Positions 56,957 through 64,000 of a DNA stretch of 64,000 nucleotides are shown in pieces. Below the pieces are notes generated by a model. That model had not been told where the DNA came from. It searched no databases and saw nothing but the letters and a program-made list of their open reading frames with translations. The number at the start of each line of letters is the position of its first letter. The first letter of the stretch is position 1. Made by a program: the position numbers and the translations under genes. Source of the stretch: Spirochaetia bacterium (GTDB lineage Bacteria > Spirochaetota > Spirochaetia > CAKZLE01); the NCBI GenBank assembly GCA_963677595.1, contig OY782041.1, positions 1,376,001-1,440,000 on the forward strand, read 5' to 3'.

Positions 56957-57057
56957 TGCAAAGCAGTTGATTTTTTCATACCTCCTCTATGTGTAGGCGG
57001 TTGATCCGGATCCCTCTCCCTCCCTCCCCTATTCCCGGATCAATCGCCACTTTTTTT
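56957..57057 (+). ncRNA. Candidate sigma54-dependent small RNA with anti-SD motifs
   Basis: Bounded by the sigma54 promoter and a 14-bp stem plus T7; contains ACCTCCT and a CU-rich loop; no credible ORF on + strand. Confidence 0.65.
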
Positions 57058-57087
57058 GTCCTGGCCACATGTGGTATACTCTAGTCC

Positions 57088-57690
57088 ATGGCAAAGAATA
57101 GAGAACAAGCTGATTTCTACACGAAGAAAGCGAAAAAAGAAGGGTATCCCGCCCGTTCCGTCTATAAACTCGAGGAGATCCAGCAGAAGTTCCGGGTGAT
57201 CAAGCCCGGGGATGCAGTCCTCGACATCGGGGCAGCACCGGGAAGCTGGACTCTCTACACCCATCGCGAGCTCATCAAGGGAACAGGATCGATCGTGGCG
57301 GTCGATCTCAAGCCGCTGGGACTCAACCCGGTCCCGCCGACGGTGACTGCCCTTACCGGGGATGCCTTCGGGGAGGATAACCTGCAGGAGATCACCGGAA
57401 GAGGACCCTATAACTGCATCATCAGCGATGCCGCACCAGCAACGACCGGGAACCGGTCGGTCGACACCCTGCGGTCCCAGGGGCTGGCAGAATCGGTGAT
57501 CGAGGTAGCAAGGCAGCAGCTCAAGCCCCACGGCAACCTGGTGATCAAGATCTTCCAGGGCGGCGGAGAACAGGATGTGATCAAGCTGATGCGGGAGTTC
57601 TTCACCAAGGTGAAGCCCATCAAGCCGAAAGCCTGCAGAAACGAGTCCTTCGAGGTCTTCCTCGTCGGGCTCGATCGTAAGGAGGAGTGA
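57088..57690 (+). CDS. rlmE: 23S rRNA Um2552 methyltransferase
   Basis: ARSVYKL, LDIGAAPGSW, ISDAAP, KIFQG, S.E.F. Confidence 0.93.
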   Translation: MAKNREQADFYTKKAKKEGYPARSVYKLEEIQQKFRVIKPGDAVLDIGAAPGSWTLYTHRELIKGTGSIVAVDLKPLGLNPVPPTVTALTGDAFGEDNLQEITGRGPYNCIISDAAPATTGNRSVDTLRSQGLAESVIEVARQQLKPHGNLVIKIFQGGGEQDVIKLMREFFTKVKPIKPKACRNESFEVFLVGLDRKEE

Positions 57691-57691
57691 C

Positions 57692-58297
57692 ATGGGCAAG
57701 GAGAGGGCGTTGCTGATCGTGGACCTGCAGAATGATTTCTGCTTCGGGGGAGCACTCGAAGTACCGGGGGCTGACCAGATCGTGGACGTGGTGAACATGC
57801 TCCAGCGGGACTACTCCTGCATCATCGCGACCCAGGACTGGCACCCGGAGGGGCACTTCTCCTTCGCCTCGACCCATGAGGGCAAGGAGCCCTTCGAGAC
57901 GATCCCCTGGAGGGATGGGCTGCAGGTCCTCTGGCCCGATCACTGCACCGCCGGCACCGACGGGGCTGCCTTCCATCCCGACCTCGACACCGACGGCATC
58001 TGCCTCATCCTGAGGAAGGGCATGGACCCGCTCATCGACTCCTACTCCGCCTTCTTCGAGAACGACCATACCACCCCGACCGGCCTGGAGGGCTTGCTGA
58101 GGTCCCGGGGGATCACCTCCCTCGACATCTGCGGGCTGGCTACCGACTACTGTGTCCACTACACAGCCCTCGATGCACTGGCCTGCGGCTTCTCCGTACG
58201 TATCCTCATCGATGCGGTCCGGGGCCTCGACCAGCCGAAGGGATCCCTGGCAGAGAAACTGAGAAGTTTGGAGGCCCTTGGGGCCTCACTCGCATGA
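57692..58297 (+). CDS. pncA: Nicotinamidase/pyrazinamidase
   Basis: VDLQNDFC, QDWHP, WPDHC, DSYSAF, GLATDYCV. Confidence 0.95.
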   Translation: MGKERALLIVDLQNDFCFGGALEVPGADQIVDVVNMLQRDYSCIIATQDWHPEGHFSFASTHEGKEPFETIPWRDGLQVLWPDHCTAGTDGAAFHPDLDTDGICLILRKGMDPLIDSYSAFFENDHTTPTGLEGLLRSRGITSLDICGLATDYCVHYTALDALACGFSVRILIDAVRGLDQPKGSLAEKLRSLEALGASLA

Positions 58298-58363
58298 GGA
58301 GCAGCAACTGTTGTACCCTGATAATTTTCTGCAACATTTTCACAGAAACCCGGGGTCGGCGTG

Positions 58364-58445
58364 TTGCATAAATATGTGGAAATAGGTACTATCCTACCAA
58401 TTTAAGTCGATGATAAACCGTAATTTCTGTATAAATATACAGAAA
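58364..58445 (+). promoter_or_regulatory. carAB promoter with ARG-box-like operators
   Basis: TTGCAT-N17-TACTAT; TGCATAAATATGTG over the -35 and palindrome TTTCTGTATAAATATACAGAAA. Confidence 0.6.
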
Positions 58446-58473
58446 ATATACAAAAACAAGGAAGGGTATCATA

Positions 58474-59622
58474 TTGAGTACTGCGTATCTGGTCCTGGCT
58501 GACGGGACGGTGTATCAAGGCAGCTCGTTCGGGGCTCCGCCGCTTACTGCACGTGACCTGACGGGGGAGACATCCACCGGCAGCGGTGAGGTCGTCTTCA
58601 ATACGAGCATGACCGGGTATCATGAGATCCTGACCGATCCCTCATACACCGGGCAGATCATCCTGATGACCTATCCCCACATCGGGAATTACGGCTCTCT
58701 AGACCAGTGGTCAGAGGGCGGTCCCGAGCAGGGAGAGCATATCACCCGGATCAAGTCCGCAGGACTCATCGTCCGGGACTACTATGAAGGGCCCATCCCC
58801 CCGGGGAGGGAGACCCTCGCCTCTTTCATGGCACGGGAAGGGATCCCGGGGATCTCGGGAATCGATACCCGGAAACTGACCCTCTCGATCCGCGATGAGG
58901 GAAGCCGGAACGGCATCATCATCGCTCCGGAGGGAACATCCCTCACGGAAGCGGAGTTCGGTACCGCGCTCGCCTGGCTGCGGGGACTTCCCTCGATGGA
59001 GGGGCAGAACCTCATCACCGAAGTGGGGACTGCCGAGACCTGCGTGATCAATGTGGAAGGCTCCTTCAGCATGGGGCTCATCGATTACGGGATCAAGGAC
59101 TCCATAATCCGGGAACTGACCAAACGGGATGTGAAGGTGACCCTCTTCCCCTCGGATGTCACGACAGCCGAGATAGAAACATCAGGCATCCAGGCACTCT
59201 TCCTCTCCAACGGCCCCGGGGACCCAGCGGTCCTCACGCCGCAGATCGAGCTGATCAGGGAGTGCATCGGTAAGATGCCCGTCTACGGGATCTGTCTCGG
59301 TCACCAGCTGATCGCCGAGGCGGTGGGGGCAAAGACCTTCAAGATGGCCTTCGGCCACCACGGCGGGAACCACCCGGTCAGGGATGAGGAGACGAAGAAG
59401 GTCTTCGTCACCTCCCAGAACCACGGGTTCGCAGTCGATCCCAAGAGCATGCCGGCCGACGTGAAGTGCTGGTTCGTCAATGCCAACGACGGTTCCGTCG
59501 AGGGGCTCAAGCACACGAAGCTCCCCGTCATGTCCGTCCAGTTCCATCCCGAGGCATCACCAGGGCCGCATGACGGCAGCTGGTTCTTCGATGCCGTATT
59601 AGCACAAGCGAAAGAGTCCTAG
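58474..59622 (+). CDS. carA: Carbamoyl-phosphate synthase small subunit
   Basis: [38 protein letters not shown]. Confidence 0.97.
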   Translation: MSTAYLVLADGTVYQGSSFGAPPLTARDLTGETSTGSGEVVFNTSMTGYHEILTDPSYTGQIILMTYPHIGNYGSLDQWSEGGPEQGEHITRIKSAGLIVRDYYEGPIPPGRETLASFMAREGIPGISGIDTRKLTLSIRDEGSRNGIIIAPEGTSLTEAEFGTALAWLRGLPSMEGQNLITEVGTAETCVINVEGSFSMGLIDYGIKDSIIRELTKRDVKVTLFPSDVTTAEIETSGIQALFLSNGPGDPAVLTPQIELIRECIGKMPVYGICLGHQLIAEAVGAKTFKMAFGHHGGNHPVRDEETKKVFVTSQNHGFAVDPKSMPADVKCWFVNANDGSVEGLKHTKLPVMSVQFHPEASPGPHDGSWFFDAVLAQAKES

Positions 59623-59630
59623 GAGGGGTT

Positions 59631-62600
59631 ATGCCTGCAAGAAAAGATATACAATCGATCCTGATCATCGGCAGCGGGCCGATCGTCATCGGGCAGGCCT
59701 GTGAGTTCGACTACTCCGGCACACAGGCAGTGAAGGCACTGAAGGAAGAGGGGTACCGGGTCATCCTCGTGAACCCGAACCCTGCCACGGTCATGACCAC
59801 CCCGGGGATCGCTGACAGCATCTACATGGAACCGCTCTCTGTGGAGTATGTCGAGGAGATCATCAGGAACGAACGGCCTGATGCCGTGCTCACCACGATG
59901 GGCGGGCAGACGGGGCTCAACCTGACGCTCGACCTCGCCAAGGCAGGGATCCTCGAGAAATACGGGGTCGAGGTCATCGGTGCCGGGATCGAATCCATCA
60001 CCCTCGCTGAAGACCGCGGGGAGTTCAAGAAGGTCATCGAGGGCTTGGGGCTCGAGTCCCCCAACTCGGACCTGATCAGGAGCGTCGACGGGGCACTGGC
60101 CTTCAAGGAGAAGATCGGGCTGCCGATCATCATCCGGCCGAGTTATACCCTCGGCGGGTTCGGCGGGAGTATCGCCGAGACGGAGGAGGAGTTCATCCCC
60201 CTCGTGGAAAAGGCCCTCCAGGCCAGCCCCACCCATGAGGCCCTCGTCGAGGAGTCCCTCATCGGCTGGAAGGAGTTCGAGCTCGAGGTCATGCGTGACC
60301 GGGCCGATAACGCCATCATCGTCTGCTCGATCGAGAACATAGACCCCATGGGGGTCCACACCGGCGACAGCATCACCGTGGCACCGATCCAGACCCTCTC
60401 CGACCGGGAATACCAGGTCATGAGGACCGCAGCTATCGACATCCTCAGGGCTGTCGGCGTCGACTGCGGAGGGTCGAACGTGCAGTTCGCCATGAAACCC
60501 GACAGCGACAGGCTCGTGGTCATCGAGATGAACCCGAGAGTATCGCGTTCATCCGCGCTGGCCTCAAAGGCGACCGGCTTCCCGATTGCCCGGTGCTCGG
60601 CCAAGCTCGCCGTGGGCTACACCCTTGATGAGGTTCTCAATGAGATCACCGGCGTGACAGCCTCCTGTTTCGAACCGGTCCTCGATTACTGTGCGGTGAA
60701 GGTGCCCAGGTTCGAGTTGGAGAAGTTCCCCATGGGCTATTCCGCCCTCGGGACCCAGATGAAGAGCGTGGGGGAGACCCTTGCGATCGGCAGGACCCTC
60801 AATGAGGCACTGAACAAGGCGATCCGTGCAACGGAACGGTCCTACCAGGGACTCGGACCCCTCGAAGGTTTCTCTGATGAGGAGCTGGAGAAGATCCTGA
60901 CCTCGGCCCACCCCTTGCGTATCTTCGCCATCTACTCCAAACTCATGGAACTCGGACCCGACGCTGTCGGGGAGCTCTCGGAGAAGACGGGCTACGACAG
61001 GTGGTTCCTCTACCAGATGACCAGGCAGATCGAGCTGGAGAGCTCCATCAAGGCTGCAGGGACAGCGATCACTGCAGACCTTCTTATGCAGGCAAAGAGG
61101 ATGGGCTTTTCTGATACGCATATCGCGAACCTCACCGGGATCCCCGAGCAGGACGTGCGAACCTCACGCCTTGAATCCGGGATCACCCCGGCCTTCCACC
61201 TCGTAGATACCTGTGCCGGCGAGTTCGCCGCACAGACACCCTACTTCTACTCCACCTACGGTGAGATCGATGAGGGGGAACCCATCGGCGAGGGCGGGGT
61301 CATCATCCTGGCAAGCGGTCCCAACCGGATCGGGCAGGGCCTCGAGTTCGACACCTGTTGTACCCTGGCATCCCTTGCCTACCAGGACCACGGGAAGAAG
61401 GCGATCCTCGTCAACTCCAACCCCGAGACCGTCTCCACCGACTTCAACACCTCCGACCGTCTCTATATGGAGCCCCTGACCGCAGAACACGTCATCTCCA
61501 TCATGGAAAAAGAGGGCATCCGGGATGTCGTCGTCCAGCTCGGCGGGCAGACGCCCCTGAACATGGCTGAGACCCTCCAGCAGGCCGGTGCGAATATCAT
61601 CGGGACCCCGATCGAGAGCATCAACGATGCGGAGGACCGGGGCAAGTTCTCAGCCCTCATCACCAGGCTCAAGCTCAGGCAGCCGGAGAACAGGATGGCA
61701 GGTACCAACGAGAAGGTACGTGCGGCAGCCCATGAGATCGGGTTCCCCGTCCTCCTGCGGCCCTCCTTCGTCCTCGGCGGACGGAGCATGTTCATCGCCT
61801 ATAATAACGAAGAGCTTGATGAGTTCCTCCAGAAGGGGATCACGATCTCCGAGGCTGCACCCGTGCTCGTGGACCAGTTCCTCGAGGACGCCTTCGAGTA
61901 CGACCTCGACGCGATCAGCGATGGCTACAATGTCTATATCGGGGGGATCATGCAGCATATCGAGGCTGCAGGGGTCCACTCCGGCGACTCAGCCTGTGTC
62001 TTCCCTCCCTATAAGACTTCTGAGGCGATCAATGAGGAGATGAAGGCTGCGGCTGTCGCGATAGCACGCGAGACCAAGCTGCACGGCTTCCTCAACATCC
62101 AGTTCGCCGTGAAGGACGAGGTCCTCTACATCCTCGAGGTCAACCCGAGGGCTTCCAGGACCATACCCTTCCTCTCCAAGAACTCGAGCGTGAACCTGAT
62201 CGATGCGGTAGTCCAGTCATGGCTCGGCAGGGACCTGAAGGCACAGGGACTCGTCGGGAAGGATGGTATCGGCATGGGAACCTGCACCACCGGCTGGGCG
62301 GTGAAGGAGGCAGTCTTCTCCTTCGACCGGTTCAGCAACATCGACCCGGTACTCGGGCCGGAGATGCGTTCTACCGGAGAGGTCCAGGGTTCAGGCAAGA
62401 CCTTCGGTGAGGCGTTCGCCAAGTCGCAGATCGGGGCCGGGAACCGGCTTCCCCACCAGGGGAAGGTCTTCATCTCCGTCAACAAGCGGGACCGGAAGAC
62501 CATCATCCCCATCGCGCGGGCCTTCGAGCAGCTCGGCTTCTCGATCACGGCGACCAGGGGGACTGCACGGGACCTCTATGATGCCGGGATCCTCTGCGAG

Positions 62601-62852
62601 GTCATCCTCAAGGTACATGAGGGCCACCCGAACATCATCGACAACATCAGGAACCGGAAGATCGACCTGGTCATCAATACCCCCATGGGCTTCATGGCCA
62701 AGAAGAGTGATGATGACATCAGGACCGAGGCCATGAGGATGAAGGTCCCCTACACTACCACGACCAGTGCGGCCGAAGCGGCTATCGCGGCGATCAGGCA
62801 CCTCAACACCACGATCCCGCTGGTCAAGAGACTCCCGGAGTACCGGCAGTAG
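59631..62852 (+). CDS. carB: Carbamoyl-phosphate synthase large subunit
   Basis: [43 protein letters not shown]-like C-terminus. Confidence 0.98.
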   Translation: MPARKDIQSILIIGSGPIVIGQACEFDYSGTQAVKALKEEGYRVILVNPNPATVMTTPGIADSIYMEPLSVEYVEEIIRNERPDAVLTTMGGQTGLNLTLDLAKAGILEKYGVEVIGAGIESITLAEDRGEFKKVIEGLGLESPNSDLIRSVDGALAFKEKIGLPIIIRPSYTLGGFGGSIAETEEEFIPLVEKALQASPTHEALVEESLIGWKEFELEVMRDRADNAIIVCSIENIDPMGVHTGDSITVAPIQTLSDREYQVMRTAAIDILRAVGVDCGGSNVQFAMKPDSDRLVVIEMNPRVSRSSALASKATGFPIARCSAKLAVGYTLDEVLNEITGVTASCFEPVLDYCAVKVPRFELEKFPMGYSALGTQMKSVGETLAIGRTLNEALNKAIRATERSYQGLGPLEGFSDEELEKILTSAHPLRIFAIYSKLMELGPDAVGELSEKTGYDRWFLYQMTRQIELESSIKAAGTAITADLLMQAKRMGFSDTHIANLTGIPEQDVRTSRLESGITPAFHLVDTCAGEFAAQTPYFYSTYGEIDEGEPIGEGGVIILASGPNRIGQGLEFDTCCTLASLAYQDHGKKAILVNSNPETVSTDFNTSDRLYMEPLTAEHVISIMEKEGIRDVVVQLGGQTPLNMAETLQQAGANIIGTPIESINDAEDRGKFSALITRLKLRQPENRMAGTNEKVRAAAHEIGFPVLLRPSFVLGGRSMFIAYNNEELDEFLQKGITISEAAPVLVDQFLEDAFEYDLDAISDGYNVYIGGIMQHIEAAGVHSGDSACVFPPYKTSEAINEEMKAAAVAIARETKLHGFLNIQFAVKDEVLYILEVNPRASRTIPFLSKNSSVNLIDAVVQSWLGRDLKAQGLVGKDGIGMGTCTTGWAVKEAVFSFDRFSNIDPVLGPEMRSTGEVQGSGKTFGEAFAKSQIGAGNRLPHQGKVFISVNKRDRKTIIPIARAFEQLGFSITATRGTARDLYDAGILCEVILKVHEGHPNIIDNIRNRKIDLVINTPMGFMAKKSDDDIRTEAMRMKVPYTTTTSAAEAAIAAIRHLNTTIPLVKRLPEYRQ

Positions 62853-62875
62853 CCCTTTTTCGCTGAGATTGACAG

Positions 62876-62906
62876 AGGCTGCCCGTGTTCGGGCAGCCTT
62901 CTTCTT
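62876..62906 (+). terminator. Terminator after carB
   Basis: AGGCTGCCCG-TGTT-CGGGCAGCCT then TCTTCTT. Confidence 0.75.
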
Positions 62907-63000
62907 GTGTCGGGGTATAAAAGCGGTTTTGCGTGAGAATTCTCTTGTACACTTCATGAGGATGTTCTATGCTTTTAGAAAATGACTAGTGTGGGGAGTC

Positions 63001-64000
63001 ATGAGTTCTAAAGGTAACTGGCTGAAACTGGCAGTCCATATTCTCTTTATTGTGCTGGTGGTCATCCTGGTGGGCCTGTTCATGTCCATCAGCAGCGATG
63101 CCTACCGGCTTGATACGCACATACAACCGCTCAATGAAGGTTGGACGGTCACCTACGGCGACACGGTCATCGAGGATGCGACACTCCCCATGGAGCTTGA
63201 TGTCCCCCCAGGGACCCCCTACACGATAACCCAGGATGCTGTGTATGCCCAGAAGTCCGCCTCGACCCTGCGGATCAGGGCCTCGATGATGAGCATCACC
63301 GTCCGCATCGGGGGTGATATCATCTTCTCCGAGGACATCACGGAGCAGGATTCATGGTTCCATGACCCCTATGCGAGCGTCTGGCACTTCATCCATATCC
63401 CGGAGGAGCGGTACGGACAGCCGCTGAGCATCACCTTCATCTCCCCCTTGAGCGAGTTCTCTGGAACGTTGAATGCCGTCTATTACGGAGCCGGGGTCTC
63501 CCTGCTCACTGCCGCGATCCGAGAGCGGATCGTCGATTTCTTCATCGCCCTCTTCCTGATCATGGCGGGCTTCGTGTTCATCTTCACCACCCCGCTCACA
63601 AACAGGCTCAATGGTGATGCACGCATCCTCTACCTAGGGGAATTCGCCATCATCATCGGGTTCTGGCTCCTCTCGGAAACCAGGTTCCTGCAGATCTTCA
63701 CCGGGAACCGCTTCCTCATCGGCAGCCTGGGGTATCTATGCGTCGCGCTCATCCCCATCCCGCTGATGCTCTATATTCGCGGGATCGTGCAGAAACGGCT
63801 GCGGAAGGTGTTCACCATCCTGGCGATCGGGTTCGCCATCCTCTTTCTCCATATCATCTATCTGCAGGTGACGGGGAAGGCCTTCTATATCGAGATCACC
63901 CAGTTCTCCCTGATCTTTCTGGTTGCCGCAGCCATCTTCATCATCGGGGTGCTGATCTATGAGACCATACGGCATGCCAACCAGGCTGCCAAACGGTTCC
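63001..64000 (+). CDS. Membrane sensor protein (extracellular domain plus multi-TM; probably diguanylate cyclase-type), 3' truncated
   Basis: Open frame from ATG 63001 (SD GGGGAG) to window end: MSSKGNW..., LNEGW, WLLSET TM block; catalytic domain not in window. Confidence 0.65.
   Translation, partial: MSSKGNWLKLAVHILFIVLVVILVGLFMSISSDAYRLDTHIQPLNEGWTVTYGDTVIEDATLPMELDVPPGTPYTITQDAVYAQKSASTLRIRASMMSITVRIGGDIIFSEDITEQDSWFHDPYASVWHFIHIPEERYGQPLSITFISPLSEFSGTLNAVYYGAGVSLLTAAIRERIVDFFIALFLIMAGFVFIFTTPLTNRLNGDARILYLGEFAIIIGFWLLSETRFLQIFTGNRFLIGSLGYLCVALIPIPLMLYIRGIVQKRLRKVFTILAIGFAILFLHIIYLQVTGKAFYIEITQFSLIFLVAAAIFIIGVLIYETIRHANQAAKRF

Noticed and set aside
56902-56979. Minus-strand 25-aa ORF MKKSTALHQ... 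preceded by GAGGAGGT
   Set aside because: SD abuts the ATG (spacing ~1 nt), and the promoter and terminator polarity point to a + strand RNA; not fully excluded
58427-58442. CTGT-N8-ACAG resembles a gammaproteobacterial LexA box
   Set aside because: Context (carAB, second ARG-like site) and probable taxon favour an ARG box

Overview
Bacterial chromosome segment, most likely a free-living anaerobic spirochaete (Sphaerochaeta-like; inferred from 'FANG/WANG/SANG'-type signal peptides and gene content, not proven). A GC-rich core carries a Lon-like protease, rsmI, aspS, proS, hppA, rph, add, rlmE, pncA and carAB. Two sigma54-driven pspABC operons flank one pspF, with PspF-type enhancers visible. 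Directly after tRNA-Val(CAC) is an AT-rich, integrase-less accessory region (~13.6-33.4 kb) with a catabolic cluster I cannot match to a described pathway: a GalB-like hydratase, a peptide-type ABC importer, a VOC protein, a beta-propeller hydrolase, three RraA/HMG-aldolase paralogues, a divergent LeuCD-like pair and GntR. Strongest hidden signals: (1) an unannotated ~100-nt sigma54-promoted, terminator-bounded RNA with two anti-Shine-Dalgarno motifs at 56.96-57.06 kb; (2) about 12 genes that look leaderless; (3) a GNAT-histidine kinase fusion; (4) operator-like palindromes or repeats before the AAA-DUF4143 and Fic genes. All calls come from reading motifs by eye; no database searches were run.
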